Positions 1 to 10,144 are shown, counted from the stretch's first letter. The stretch: 64,000 nt of DNA from an uncultured Chloroflexia bacterium (GCA_963825525.1 CAWGTN010000002.1:1504001-1568000); one strand, 5' to 3'. A program made the numbers and translations. The notes: a model not told the origin generated them from the letters alone.

Positions 1-152
1 TCCTCATCCAGATCAACGAGCTGGGCACCACGGTCCTCATGGCCACGCACAACCAGGAGATCGTCAACGCCATGCGCCGACGGGTGCTGGCCCTGGAGAA
101 CGGCCACCTGGTGCGCGACGAGGCTGCGGCGGCCTACGAGCGGGAGTACTGA
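1..152 (+). CDS. ftsE: cell division ATP-binding protein FtsE, 3' fragment
   Basis: Frame from nt 3 reads LIQINELGTTVLMATHNQEIVNAMRRRVLALENGHLVRD...*, the ABC H-loop and FtsE C-terminus; lies directly upstream of ftsX. Confidence 0.88.
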   Translation, partial: LIQINELGTTVLMATHNQEIVNAMRRRVLALENGHLVRDEAAAAYEREY

Positions 153-155
153 CCG

Positions 156-1049
156 ATGCCGTTCGTGCGCTTCGTCGGCTTCAGCATCGTGCGCGCCTGG
201 CAGGGCTTCTGGCGCAACGCGATGATGAGCCTTGCGGCCACCGCCACCGTCATCCTCATGCTCGTCCTGCTGTCAGGGCTGTTCATCGTCATCGCGGGGC
301 TCAACTCGGGCCTCGAGTTCATCGAGAGCAAGGTGGCGGTCACCGCCCAGCTGGTCGACAACCTGTCCGACAACCGACGGGCGCGACTGATGGGTGAGGT
401 CGAAGCCGTTCCCGGGGTCGAATCCGTCGCGTACGTCTCGCCCGAGGCGGCAATGGAGCGGCTTCGAGCTTCCTACCGCGATGCGGGCCAGGAGCTCGAC
501 ACCGGCGGCGCCGAAATCAAGCTGTTCGCGAGCCTCGAGATCAGCCTCGTCGACCCGAACGCCTCGGGCGACGTGGGATCGTTCCTGGCGACGAAGGACG
601 AAGTCGTGCGCGTCCTGACCAAGCAGGCGGAGTACGACACGCTGCTCGGCATCATCAACGTCATCCGTACCGTGGGCCTGGTCGGCATCGGGCTGGTGAG
701 CCTGACCGTCCTGTTCATGATCATCAACACGATCCGCATCGCGGTCTACAGCCGTGCCGGCGAGATCGAGATCATGCGACTGGTCGGGGCATCGGACTCG
801 TTCATCCGCTGGCCCTTCATCCTGGAGGGGATCCTGTGCGGGCTGCTGGGCGCCCTCGTGACCATCGTCCTGGTGGCGGTGATATGGGATCCCATCCAAC
901 CGGCCATGGTCACGATCTTCCAGATGCCCACGGCGGTCAGCGCGCAGTTCCTGACCACCTTGTCGATCATCCTGCTGGGCGCCGGGCTGGGCGTCGGGGC
1001 GCTGGGCTCGTACATCAGCGTTCGCTCGTACCTGTCGGCCGCTCGATGA
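156..1049 (+). CDS. ftsX: cell division permease FtsX
   Basis: 297 aa; FWRNAMMSLA and INTIRIAVYSRAGEIEIMRLVGASDSFIRWPFILEG are FtsX signatures. Confidence 0.95.
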   Translation: MPFVRFVGFSIVRAWQGFWRNAMMSLAATATVILMLVLLSGLFIVIAGLNSGLEFIESKVAVTAQLVDNLSDNRRARLMGEVEAVPGVESVAYVSPEAAMERLRASYRDAGQELDTGGAEIKLFASLEISLVDPNASGDVGSFLATKDEVVRVLTKQAEYDTLLGIINVIRTVGLVGIGLVSLTVLFMIINTIRIAVYSRAGEIEIMRLVGASDSFIRWPFILEGILCGLLGALVTIVLVAVIWDPIQPAMVTIFQMPTAVSAQFLTTLSIILLGAGLGVGALGSYISVRSYLSAAR

Positions 1050-1129
1050 GCGAGGGCTCATGCGTAAGGAAATCGTAATGAGCCCTCTACCTCGCCGCGG
1101 CTGATGCGCGGCTAGACTTCGACGATCCC

Positions 1130-2488
1130 ATGAACGAACATCCCCCGACGACGCCCGCGTCCCCGCGTGGCGGCACCATTCCGTGGCTCATCTCGCTGGC
1201 CCTGGCAGCGGTGGTCGGCGCTGTCCTGTTCGCCGGCGGTTACCTGGCCGGTGGCAGCGGCGGCGGGTCCGGCTGCGCGGCGCCCGACGATGCCTTCGCC
1301 GCGTTCTGCGACGCCTACGGCCAACTGCAGCGCCAGTACGTCGACGAGCTCGACAGCGAGGCCTTGGCCGAGGGCGCCATCCGCGGCATGTTCGAGTACG
1401 GCGTGGCCGATCCGTATTCGGGCTACATGCCTCCCGAGCAGTATCAGCAGGCCCTGGGCGACCTCTCCGGCGCGTTCAGTGGCATCGGCGCGGAGATGGC
1501 AATTCGCAACGTCGATGACGCGGCCGATCTGGCGGCATGCAACAAGCTCAGCGATACCTGCCGGCTGGTGGTCGTGGCTCCGCTGGCCGACTCGCCTGCG
1601 GAGCGCGCCGGGTTGCAGGCCGGCGACTTCGTGATCGCCGTGGACGGTACCTCGGTCAACGGGACGACCATGGAGGATCAGATCGGCCAGATCCGCGGCG
1701 AGTCAGGGACCGACGTCACGCTCACCCTGCTGCGCGACGCGGCTGACCCGTTCGACGTGACGATCACGCGCGCCGAGATCGAGCTGCAGGAAGTGGAGAC
1801 GCGCCTCATCGACGGGCACATCGGCTACATCGGGCTCAACAGCTTCTCCGCGCCGGCCGCCGATCAGTTCAAGGTTGCGCTCGGCGACCTCCTCGAGCAG
1901 GGCGCCGACCAGATCGTGCTCGATCTCCGCGACAACCCCGGCGGATACATCGACGCGGCCCAGCAGATCGCCAGCCAGTTCATCGATGACGGGATCATCT
2001 TCACCCAGGAGTCGTCCGGCAGCGACGTCAGGGAGTGGCCGTCGACCGGCGATGGAGTGGCGACCGATCCGAACCTGCCGGTCGCGGTGCTGATCAACGG
2101 CGGGTCGGCATCGGCTTCGGAGATCGTCGCCGCCGCGCTCCAGGAGACCGGGCGGGCGACCCTCATCGGCGAGCCGTCGTTCGGCAAGAACACCGTGCAG
2201 GTCTGGAGCCGGCTCGAGAACGAGGGTGGGGTTCGGATCACCATCAGCCGGTGGTTCACACCGGAGCACAACAGCGTGGCTCCCGACGGCATCCAGCCCG
2301 ACATCGAGGCGGCGCGCACCGCGGAGACGCCACCGGAGGAGGATCCAGTCCTGGATGCCGCCCTCTCGTTCCTGGCGGAGCAGCCGGTGGCCGGGGAGAA
2401 CGCGGCCCCGGCCGCCTCCGGTTCGCCGTCGGCCGCGCTCGAGCTGCCGCTGGTGGTCGGCATTGTCGCGCCGCGAGCCATCTGCTAG
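1130..2488 (+). CDS. ctpA: S41 family carboxyl-terminal processing protease (PDZ)
   Basis: DPYS, GIGA, SPAERAGL (PDZ), LDLRDNPGG, SASASEI, SFGK motifs; N-terminal TM; TAGACT -10-like hexamer at 1113-1118. Confidence 0.93.
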   Translation: MNEHPPTTPASPRGGTIPWLISLALAAVVGAVLFAGGYLAGGSGGGSGCAAPDDAFAAFCDAYGQLQRQYVDELDSEALAEGAIRGMFEYGVADPYSGYMPPEQYQQALGDLSGAFSGIGAEMAIRNVDDAADLAACNKLSDTCRLVVVAPLADSPAERAGLQAGDFVIAVDGTSVNGTTMEDQIGQIRGESGTDVTLTLLRDAADPFDVTITRAEIELQEVETRLIDGHIGYIGLNSFSAPAADQFKVALGDLLEQGADQIVLDLRDNPGGYIDAAQQIASQFIDDGIIFTQESSGSDVREWPSTGDGVATDPNLPVAVLINGGSASASEIVAAALQETGRATLIGEPSFGKNTVQVWSRLENEGGVRITISRWFTPEHNSVAPDGIQPDIEAARTAETPPEEDPVLDAALSFLAEQPVAGENAAPAASGSPSAALELPLVVGIVAPRAIC

Positions 2489-2521
2489 CATCGCCGGCAA
2501 CGAAAGGAGGTGGTGTTGCTG

Positions 2522-2563
2522 ATGGATAGTTCCACGCACGCCACCACCGAGGCAGTGGCCTAA
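2522..2563 (+). CDS. putative small peptide MDSSTHATTEAVA
   Basis: Perfect SD AAGGAGGT at 2504-2511, extended -10 TGCTAGCAT at 2483-2491, and a downstream hairpin. Confidence 0.35.
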   Translation: MDSSTHATTEAVA

Positions 2564-2591
2564 CACAGCTTCGCGTGGTGTAGCGACGGAG

Positions 2592-2614
2592 GAGCCGGCC
2601 GATACGGCCGGCTC
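2592..2614 (+). terminator. GC-rich hairpin upstream of smpB (no U-tract)
   Basis: GAGCCGGCCG-ATA-CGGCCGGCTC, perfect 10-bp stem. Confidence 0.5.
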
Positions 2615-2658
2615 TCTCCATGTCCGCCGCCAGATTGAGAGCAGCCGAGCCAGGACCG

Positions 2659-3123
2659 ATGCCCGACGAGACGATCGCCGTCAACCGACGCGCCCGACAC
2701 GACTACACCATCGAGGACACCCTCGAGGCTGGCCTCGTGCTGTCCGGGACCGAGATCAAGAGCATCCGGGAACACAAGGTCAACATCGCCGAGGCCTACG
2801 CCAGGGTCGACAAGGGCGAGGCGTGGCTCATCGGCGCCCACATCGCCGAGTATGCCCAGGGCAACCGCAACAACCACGCGCCGACGCGGACGCGCAAGCT
2901 CCTCCTGCACCGCGACCAGATCGCGGAGCTGACCGGCCTTCAATCGGCCAAGGGGCTCACCATCGTTCCGCTGCGGCTTTACATCAGCCGGGGTCGGGCC
3001 AAGCTGGAGCTCGGGATCGCGCGCGGTAAGAAGATCCACGACAAGCGCCGATCGATCGCCGAGCGAGACATGCGCCGTGAGCTGGACCGCGAGTCAAAGC
3101 AGGCCGGCCGGATCAAGCTCTAG
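2659..3123 (+). CDS. smpB: SsrA-binding protein SmpB
   Basis: NRRARHDY, EAGLVLSGTEIKSIR, RKLLLHR, RGKKIHDKR motifs; adjacent to tmRNA. Confidence 0.97.
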   Translation: MPDETIAVNRRARHDYTIEDTLEAGLVLSGTEIKSIREHKVNIAEAYARVDKGEAWLIGAHIAEYAQGNRNNHAPTRTRKLLLHRDQIAELTGLQSAKGLTIVPLRLYISRGRAKLELGIARGKKIHDKRRSIAERDMRRELDRESKQAGRIKL

Positions 3124-3151
3124 AACACCTGTTCATATCGGCTTGTTCGTC

Positions 3152-3160
3152 TGATACAAT
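3152..3160 (+). promoter_or_regulatory. extended -10 promoter of ssrA
   Basis: TGATACAAT (TGn-TACAAT), 20 nt upstream of the mature tmRNA 5' end. Confidence 0.6.
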
Positions 3161-3179
3161 TGGTGTCTGATTGGTTCAT

Positions 3180-3542
3180 GGGGATGTCAGGTTTCGACAG
3201 TGCCCGGGGACCGAGAATCGCAGGTCGAGGTTGCTCGCAGGCCTCGTTAAACAGCGGGCAATTGCTGTAACTGGCAACGATAGTTACGCCTTCGCTGCTT
3301 AGGCAGTGAACATCGACGCCGTCCCCCCTCCCCGGGCGGCGAAGATGTCATTAGGGGAGGTGCGGCGTCGCCGACTCCGGTGAGTGGCGTCAAAGAGCCG
3401 AAAGGCATCACCGGATAGCAGGCGAAGCACCCCGCCGGTCGGGGGCCCGCATTGCGAAGCGCAAGTTGGCCGGAAATACCTGTAGGAAGTTCTCGGCGAC
3501 CGTGTTCTGGACGGGGAGTTCGATTCTCCCCCATCTCCACCA
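3180..3542 (+). ncRNA. ssrA: tmRNA; tag peptide (A)GNDSYAFAA* at 3273-3302
   Basis: 5' GGGGATGT..GGTTTCGAC; 3' T-arm GGGGAGTTCGATTCTCCCC plus ATCTCCACCA; TAACT upstream of the resume codon; tag ends in AA; follows smpB. Confidence 0.96.
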
Positions 3543-3623
3543 CATTCCAACTCCTGATCGACTTCTGGCGTGTTATCGGACTCATGAATTGGCCGTTTTG
3601 GCCGTCTCTCGGGTCCCAGGTCG

Positions 3624-4397
3624 GTGGACCGCTTGCTCCTCTTGCTCTGGCTGGACGGCTGGCCGATCGAGCCTGATCGCGTTCGCCGTGCCTTGCGAGC
3701 GTGTCTGCCGCAGCTACCTACTCGCAAGCTGACCGAAGCAGATCGTGATCGCATCAGCCCGCACGCCGTGAGCCACGCAGCGGCCTTGCAACGTAGGCTG
3801 CCCCCATCCCACCCAAAGTCCATCGAAGCCGCGGAGGTGGCCGAGTTCTTCGCTCTGTTCGCGTTGGGTGATCAACTCGAGCCCTCCGACCAATTGGCGC
3901 CGATCATCTCAAAGGCCATGGGCTTGGATCGTGCAGCCCGCGATCGCGTCGGCGACGCCGAGCCATGGTACGACCCCAGCGGCGGTCTGGCGCCCTTGCT
4001 GCAAGGCTTCTCGCTGCCCGAATTGCACCAACTGATTGAAGAGTCGACCGACCTCGAGCTACAGGCAGCTCGCGCACCGTCGCGAATTCTCGTCCATGAC
4101 TTCTGCCGGGTGGTCGAAGCGATGGAACTCGCCTATGGCCGCGGTGTTGCTGGCTTCAGCGTTGCGCGTTCGCTAGAGTCGCGCACTGCTGAGCTCGCGG
4201 TCCTGGCAGCGCTCCGAGCCATGCGTGCCGGGCTAGGCGAGGTGCTGCAGCAATTCACCGCCGCGATGAACTCAGCGCCGATGAGCGAAGTCCTCGCGAC
4301 GCTGCCAGAGGCGCGCGCGTGGCTGGCTGCGCATCCCGAGCGCCTCCGCATCCAGCGCATCGGGCAGCTGGCATACCAGGAGCGCCCGGCGAGCTGA
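3624..4397 (+). CDS. hypothetical protein, possibly 5'-truncated
   Basis: 257-aa protein-like ORF with a GTG start and no clear SD, directly after tmRNA. Confidence 0.45.
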   Translation: MDRLLLLLWLDGWPIEPDRVRRALRACLPQLPTRKLTEADRDRISPHAVSHAAALQRRLPPSHPKSIEAAEVAEFFALFALGDQLEPSDQLAPIISKAMGLDRAARDRVGDAEPWYDPSGGLAPLLQGFSLPELHQLIEESTDLELQAARAPSRILVHDFCRVVEAMELAYGRGVAGFSVARSLESRTAELAVLAALRAMRAGLGEVLQQFTAAMNSAPMSEVLATLPEARAWLAAHPERLRIQRIGQLAYQERPAS

Positions 4398-4534
4398 CCG
4401 ATACACCACTGGCCTTCGATGTCGGCAGGCCTGACCCATCTGCAATGATAGTGGGATGACAGGCTGCCACCGCGGCCAGCGAGAGCCGACACCTTGACTG
4501 ACGAGCGGCATCGGCACGCCCGCGACTAAATAGG

Positions 4535-4903
4535 ATGTACTTCCTGCGCACATCGCTGGCCGCCGCAGCGATCGCGATGGTCCTCAATGCCTGCGGGGCT
4601 GACATGCCTACCCAGACGGCTGGCGGTTTGGCGGCGCTGCCGGGAACGTGGGATTGCCAGCAGGCGGGAACGGTGGTGATCCTTGATGAGGGTCACTATG
4701 AGGCCGGCGAACCACCGGTGGTGGGCCACTTCCTGTCCACGCGAGATGCGAGCCAAATGAGCTTCCTCGACGACGGGCCACTGGGCGGGCGCTCCGGCCG
4801 CTGGGACCCAGCTCGCGACGAGATCGTATTGGCTGGCGAGGGAGGGCAGATCACCTGTCGCAAGATCGCGCCTGCGCCTTCGTTCGACCACTCGGCCCAC
4901 TAG
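4535..4903 (+). CDS. hypothetical lipoprotein
   Basis: Signal peptide with lipobox LNAC; small beta-rich mature domain with two further Cys. Confidence 0.65.
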   Translation: MYFLRTSLAAAAIAMVLNACGADMPTQTAGGLAALPGTWDCQQAGTVVILDEGHYEAGEPPVVGHFLSTRDASQMSFLDDGPLGGRSGRWDPARDEIVLAGEGGQITCRKIAPAPSFDHSAH

Positions 4904-5016
4904 CCACCGGCTTCATTCACGCTGCCGCATGCGTCAGCCTCTGCAAGCGGGAGGCACCAACGCTATGCGTCGGTGCCTCACCGGAGTTCGCTAACAGCAG
5001 ATCTGAAAGCGTTGCG

Positions 5017-5370
5017 TCAGCAGATCTGACCGGCTTGGACGTTGGTGATGGATTGGCTCTCAAACGTGTGACCGCCCTGGGTCACGAACGCTTGCTGGGT
5101 GTAGGTGTGGTAGGTGCAGGTATAGAAGCGGTGGCTGAAGCCACGTGACAGGTTCGAAGTGTTGACGACCGGACACGACGTGCCATCGCCATAACAGAAC
5201 ACGACCTGCGTATTTCCGCCCCCGTTCCAGCTCACTGTCCACGAGGCAAGAGCGCCGGAGGCCCTTGTCTGCGAGTTCGGAGCGACGTCGGACCAGGTGT
5301 GGCCGAGCACCGGCACGGAGAGGATGAGCGTTAGGCAGGCGGCAAGCACCAGCCCGAGACGTAGACGCAT
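5017..5370 (-). CDS. small secreted PKD-like beta-sandwich protein (117 aa)
   Basis: ATG at 5370 behind GGGGG SD; signal peptide MRLRLGLVLAACLTLILSVPVLG; FCYGDGT resembles the PKD WDFGDGT motif; four Cys in the mature part. Confidence 0.7.
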   Translation of the reverse strand: MRLRLGLVLAACLTLILSVPVLGHTWSDVAPNSQTRASGALASWTVSWNGGGNTQVVFCYGDGTSCPVVNTSNLSRGFSHRFYTCTYHTYTQQAFVTQGGHTFESQSITNVQAGQIC

Positions 5371-5418
5371 TTCACTACCCCCAAATGATGGGAAGTCGTC
5401 GTCCGCGCGGCACCTGCA

Positions 5419-5460
5419 ACTCTGCGCCCTTCCCAGACCTCTGTCAAGTACAGTATGACA
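5419..5460. promoter_or_regulatory. divergent promoter region with imperfect palindrome TGTCA-N9-TGACA
   Basis: Minus-strand TTGACA (5442-5447)-N17-CAGAGT toward the PKD gene; TGTCAAGTACAGTATGACA at 5442-5460. Confidence 0.45.
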
Positions 5461-5525
5461 ACGCCTGAAATAATGCTTTGCCGCCCTATACGGGGACACA
5501 GACGCAAGTTGAAAGGAAGCCAGAG

Positions 5526-8234
5526 ATGGCTGCTCGGGTAGTGCCTGGGCCGCTCACGCGGTTGCGGCGCTCGCGGCTCACGCTGTTCGCTGTGCTGGTG
5601 CTGGCGACCTTCGCGGCTGGCGCTGGCTACATGCGCGAGGCCGCGTTCGTTCGGCTGCAAGGCACGGTCGATGCGAACTGGCGTGGCGCCTTCGACCTGC
5701 TCGTACGGCCGCAGGGGGCACGTCTGCCGATCGAAGACACCGCCGGGCTCGTGGAGCCGAACTACCTGTCCTTCAGCGGTGAAGGTGGCATATCGCTCGC
5801 CGATCTGGAGCGCATTCGCGATCTTCCGACTGTGGAACTCGCCGCGCCGGTCGCGACGATCGGGAACGTGCGCTACGTCGTGGGCGGGCCTGCCATCGCG
5901 ATCGCCGAATTGCCGGAGCAACCGACGCTCTACGAGCTCGTGGTCCGTGCTGAGTCATCTGACGGTGTCGAGTCCGTCCTTGTCCAGGAGGAGCGGGCAC
6001 GACTGCTGATCGGCCCGGCTGACCTGAGCGCCGACACCGTGCCGTTCTCGATCGAGACCGGAAGCTTCTCCTGGGGCGTCGACGGGCTCTACGTTTTCCT
6101 CTCGTCACTGCCCGCGATCGCCAGCCCGGTGATCGCTGTCGATCCGGTCGCCGAGCGCGAGCTGCTTGGCTCGAGCACGGAGTTCCTGGCGCCGTTGGAA
6201 GCCGTCGCTGCGCTGCCCGAGGCACCGATCGCCCGCGACTTCGAATTGGTACGCATCCCCGAAGTGTTCGAGGATCAGCGCTTCCTGGTAAGCGCCCTCG
6301 CAACCGACCCCAACTCTCCGGCGGCCAGACGCCCGGTGATCCCGGTGGCGGTCAGTTCGACGATCTACGCGCCGCTGACAATCAGCCTTCAAGTGAGCCA
6401 GGTGGGCCAGCCACTTGCCGACTATCCAACCGGTGCAAACGAGGATGAGCGACTGGCGACGGCCAGTCAGCAGGCGGGAGACGGCCTGACCGAAGTTGGT
6501 GCCTCGTCGATCGACGCCAGCGAGTCTCTCCGTCCCCTGCAACCGCCGATGCTGGAGATCCTCTGGCCCGGCTCTGGCGAACCGCCCGGCTCGGCGGGAT
6601 CGATCGGTGTCGCTGCCGACCTGACGGCCGAGCTGGCGGGTCGACCGGAGTACACGGCGCTGGCGCCGCGCCGCGAAGGCGGACCACTGGCCTTCGGAGT
6701 GGAGCCACAGGGCTGGGTGGACAGCAGCGGCACCGTTCGCGAAGCGGCCGCGTCAGACGAGCGACTACGCATCGGGCTCGAGCCCGCCTTCCGCCCCAGT
6801 CGGCCAGCGTCAGTGCCGCTGCTGGAAACGTACCAGCCCACGGGTCCTCTCGACCGACCCTTCGTATTCGCACCGGTCTCGCAGTTCGATCTGGACAGCC
6901 TCGATCTGCCCGTCAACCCGCTGAACTACGTGCCGCTTGGTGCCTACTCCGCGCCGGATACGACCTACGTCGCCGGCCCCGATGGCGAGCCGGTCGAGCC
7001 GGTGTCGATGACGCCGACGCTCAATCCTCGCGGCTTGACCACCCTTCCCCCGCTGGCCATCACCGATCTGCGCAGCGCGGTGACCCTCCGTGGGGAAGCT
7101 CCAATCGACGCCATCCGCATCCGCGTGGCCGGCATTGATCGCTTCGACGACGCGGCGATCGCCCGCGTCGAGCGAGCCGCATCGGCCATCGCCGCCATGG
7201 GCTTCGACGTGGACATCGTCGCCGGTTCTTCGCCTCAGCCGGTCGAGGTCCTGGTCGCGGGACTCGGCGACGATGGGGCAAGCGCTCCACGCGGCTGGGT
7301 CGAGCAACCGTGGACGACGCTGGGAGCGGCTGAGCGCGTCGTCGTTGGCTTCAGCACCATCAACACGGCCCTGCTGATCTTGAGCGCCCTCACCGCGCTT
7401 ACCTTGGGAAGCGGATTGCTGGTGATGCAGCGCGCGGTCCGCCGCAGCGAGGTGGGCGTTCTAAATGCCTTGGGCTGGTCGCGCTGGCAGGTGGCGCGCT
7501 GGATGGTTGGGGAGGCGCTCTGGGCCGGCGGGCTGGTGCTGGTCATCGGCGTCGCGGCATGGTGGCTGGCCGGGCGCGGCAGCCCTATCGGGCTGGCCGT
7601 CTCCGTGGCGCTGGCGGCACTGTTGCCCATTGTCGCCGCCGCTGGCGCGCTGGCGGCGCTGCGTGCTGGCGTGACCTCGAAGGCAGTCAGCAGCGGCGAC
7701 ATCGATGTGCGCACAGCCCGCGTCGTTTCGCACGTCGGCCGGCCCTTTACCTATGGGCTGCGCACGGCGGTCGCTCGTCCAGTGCGCTCCCTGGTGATCG
7801 CCGTCGCCCTGGCCATCGCATCAGCCTCGGCCGCTGCCGGCGCGGTGACGGTCGCGACAACGGCAACGGCGGTCGGTCCCACTCGCCTCGCGCAGGCACT
7901 GGCACAACAACTTGGGCTGGCTCAGGTGGGGATGCTGCTGGCGGCCGTTGTCGGCACAGCGATTGTCGGTTTCGCGCTCCTGCGGATGGACTTGGCCTCG
8001 CGTCGTACCGAGCTGCGCGTCCTGGCCGCATGTGGGTGGGATGGCCGTCACACGCGAACCATGCTCTTCGCGCACCGCCTGGCCATCGCCGGCCCTGCAG
8101 TGATAGCAGCCGCCGGCGTTGGCTGGCTGCTGAGCGTGGGACTACTTGGGCAGCGGGACCTTGTGGTGCTAGCAATCGCCCCGGTCACGGTGCTTGCATT
8201 GCTGATGACGGAGGTACGATGGTCGACTCGATAG
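5526..8234 (+). CDS. large FtsX/MacB-type ABC permease with a ~580-aa extracytoplasmic domain
   Basis: SD GAAAGGAAG; N-terminal TM; AFDLLVRP; two FtsX C-terminal motifs (RRSEVGVLNALGW, RRTELRVLAACGW). Confidence 0.85.
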   Translation: MAARVVPGPLTRLRRSRLTLFAVLVLATFAAGAGYMREAAFVRLQGTVDANWRGAFDLLVRPQGARLPIEDTAGLVEPNYLSFSGEGGISLADLERIRDLPTVELAAPVATIGNVRYVVGGPAIAIAELPEQPTLYELVVRAESSDGVESVLVQEERARLLIGPADLSADTVPFSIETGSFSWGVDGLYVFLSSLPAIASPVIAVDPVAERELLGSSTEFLAPLEAVAALPEAPIARDFELVRIPEVFEDQRFLVSALATDPNSPAARRPVIPVAVSSTIYAPLTISLQVSQVGQPLADYPTGANEDERLATASQQAGDGLTEVGASSIDASESLRPLQPPMLEILWPGSGEPPGSAGSIGVAADLTAELAGRPEYTALAPRREGGPLAFGVEPQGWVDSSGTVREAAASDERLRIGLEPAFRPSRPASVPLLETYQPTGPLDRPFVFAPVSQFDLDSLDLPVNPLNYVPLGAYSAPDTTYVAGPDGEPVEPVSMTPTLNPRGLTTLPPLAITDLRSAVTLRGEAPIDAIRIRVAGIDRFDDAAIARVERAASAIAAMGFDVDIVAGSSPQPVEVLVAGLGDDGASAPRGWVEQPWTTLGAAERVVVGFSTINTALLILSALTALTLGSGLLVMQRAVRRSEVGVLNALGWSRWQVARWMVGEALWAGGLVLVIGVAAWWLAGRGSPIGLAVSVALAALLPIVAAAGALAALRAGVTSKAVSSGDIDVRTARVVSHVGRPFTYGLRTAVARPVRSLVIAVALAIASASAAAGAVTVATTATAVGPTRLAQALAQQLGLAQVGMLLAAVVGTAIVGFALLRMDLASRRTELRVLAACGWDGRHTRTMLFAHRLAIAGPAVIAAAGVGWLLSVGLLGQRDLVVLAIAPVTVLALLMTEVRWSTR

Positions 8235-8917
8235 CCCCAGTCACAGGCACCACGGCAAGCGCCGGCCCGGCGCTGGAGTTGCGCGATGTCGGGATGGTGT
8301 ACACCGACTCGGACGGTGAGCCACTTCACGTCGTATCCGGTCTGACGTTGGTCGCACGCCCGGGGCAGATGGTCTGCCTGGCCGGCCGCTCCGGATCGGG
8401 TAAGACGACGGTGATCAACATCGCGGCCGGTCTGCTCCACCCAACCAGCGGCCAGGTCAGCTGGGCTGCCCTCGACCTCGCGGATCTCAGCGCCGACGAA
8501 CTCATCCGCGAGCGCGGTCGCCGCATCGGCATCGTCTTTCAGAACGCCGCCCTCATCCCCACGCTGCGCGCGGGGGAGAACGTGGCGTTGCCGGCGATGG
8601 TCAGCCCGGCGCGGCACAACGGCGCCGCCGACCGTGTTCAGCACCTACTTAGCACGGTCGGATTGGCTGACCGTCGAAGCCATTTCCCAAGCCAGCTCTC
8701 CGGCGGCGAGCAGCAGCGCGTCGCCTTGGCGCGGGCGCTGTTCCGAGATCCGGGTCTCCTACTGGCCGACGAGCCGACGGCCAGCCTCGACCGACGCAGC
8801 GCCGACCACATTATCGGCTTGCTCGTGGCGCTGCGGCAGGAGCAGCACGCGATCGTGGTTGCCACCCATGACGAGGCCCTGATCGCGGCCAGCGACCTCG
8901 TCATCAGAATGGACTGA
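8219..8917 (+). CDS. ABC ATP-binding protein (LolD/MacB-like)
   Basis: [31 protein letters not shown]; SD GGAGG; overlaps the permease stop. Confidence 0.93.
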   Translation: MVDSIAPVTGTTASAGPALELRDVGMVYTDSDGEPLHVVSGLTLVARPGQMVCLAGRSGSGKTTVINIAAGLLHPTSGQVSWAALDLADLSADELIRERGRRIGIVFQNAALIPTLRAGENVALPAMVSPARHNGAADRVQHLLSTVGLADRRSHFPSQLSGGEQQRVALARALFRDPGLLLADEPTASLDRRSADHIIGLLVALRQEQHAIVVATHDEALIAASDLVIRMD

Positions 8918-8921
8918 CGTG

Positions 8922-9509
8922 ATGCGAAATGCTGTCGTGACCACAGCGATCCTGGTTGTCATCGCCGGCTGTTCCGCGCCGGCCCCAAACGAGCCCACTG
9001 CCACAGCCTCAGTAGCCGAAAGCGACCGTGAAGCCGCGGCCACCTCTGCTGGCCTATCGGCTGACCAACTGGTCCCGCTCGACGACGGCTTCGTCGCCGC
9101 GTCGTTCGACGCGGGCTCGTCGCTCCAGCTGATCTGGGTCCGCCCGGGCGCCCAAGGGTTCGAGACTTCCGTGCTGGTGACGCTGGACGAGCAGCGCGCG
9201 GAGGGAACCTCGCGGATCAGCACGCACCCTGTCAGTTGCGCGGCAGACGTGGGGCTAACCCGAACGCGCTTTATCGTCGGACAGGCCACCGAGCACGACG
9301 CCTTGCAGATGTCCGGGCTCCCAGCCGTCGGAGGTCAGGTGGTGGATGACGCCTACGTCTTCGCGATCGACCCCACGGCGTCCAGCGCCGGCTGGTCGTT
9401 GCAGAGCGCCGATGGCCAGCAGGTGGCGACCGCAGATCCGTCCTGGTTCACTAGCTCACCGCTACCTCCGACCGAAGGCGAGCTGTGCTCGTCGGTGGCA
9501 GAGCATTGA
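8922..9509 (+). CDS. hypothetical lipoprotein
   Basis: Lipobox IAGC; starts 4 nt after the ATPase stop. Confidence 0.7.
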   Translation: MRNAVVTTAILVVIAGCSAPAPNEPTATASVAESDREAAATSAGLSADQLVPLDDGFVAASFDAGSSLQLIWVRPGAQGFETSVLVTLDEQRAEGTSRISTHPVSCAADVGLTRTRFIVGQATEHDALQMSGLPAVGGQVVDDAYVFAIDPTASSAGWSLQSADGQQVATADPSWFTSSPLPPTEGELCSSVAEH

Positions 9510-9616
9510 CGAGCGCAGCAATCGGACCAAGATCGTCCAGCTCATGGTCCTTACTGTCCATGCGCGCAAGATCGCATGCCACACCTGCGTTGGCTGGTGC
9601 GACCTACCGATGAACC

Positions 9617-10144
9617 ATGTCTGTCGATGAGGGTGCATTGACCGAGGTAGCGGGTCGGGCCACGAGCGACCTGGACCACCGGCTCGCCGTGCTCGATGAG
9701 CGCTTTGCGCAGATCCGACCGCGGCTGGTAGGCGTCTGTCGCTCGCTTGCCGGCGACGCCGCCGAGGATGCGGTGCAGGACGCCTACCTGGCCGCTCGGG
9801 GCGCGGTTGGGTCCTTGCGCGATCTAGCAGCGATCGACGGCTGGCTAACGACGATCGCCGTGCGCCAATGCATTTCGGGCCATCGCCGTACGAAGCGCCT
9901 GCGTGACCGCCTGGCTGATCTGCTCCCGCGACAGGTGGCCCCGGCACCGGATCTGGGGTTGCGCGAACTCCTCGATCGCCTACCCGCGCGCTCGCGCGCC
10001 GTCTTGGTCCTTCACCACGGCTATGGCTACTCGCTCGCCGAGGTCGCCGACATCCTCGGGATTACCCACACCAACGCCCGATCCATCTCCGCTCGAGCAC
10101 GACACCGCCTGATGCAGCAGGCGCGGGAGGCCGACCATGCGTAG
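9617..10144 (+). CDS. ECF RNA polymerase sigma factor
   Basis: Region 2 AEDAVQDAYL...WLTTIAVR; region 4 LPARSRAVLVL..GYSLAEVADILG. Confidence 0.92.
   Translation: MSVDEGALTEVAGRATSDLDHRLAVLDERFAQIRPRLVGVCRSLAGDAAEDAVQDAYLAARGAVGSLRDLAAIDGWLTTIAVRQCISGHRRTKRLRDRLADLLPRQVAPAPDLGLRELLDRLPARSRAVLVLHHGYGYSLAEVADILGITHTNARSISARARHRLMQQAREADHA

Noticed and set aside
3247-3823. ORFs overlapping tmRNA
   Set aside because: Explained by the structured RNA; only the tag reading frame is meaningful
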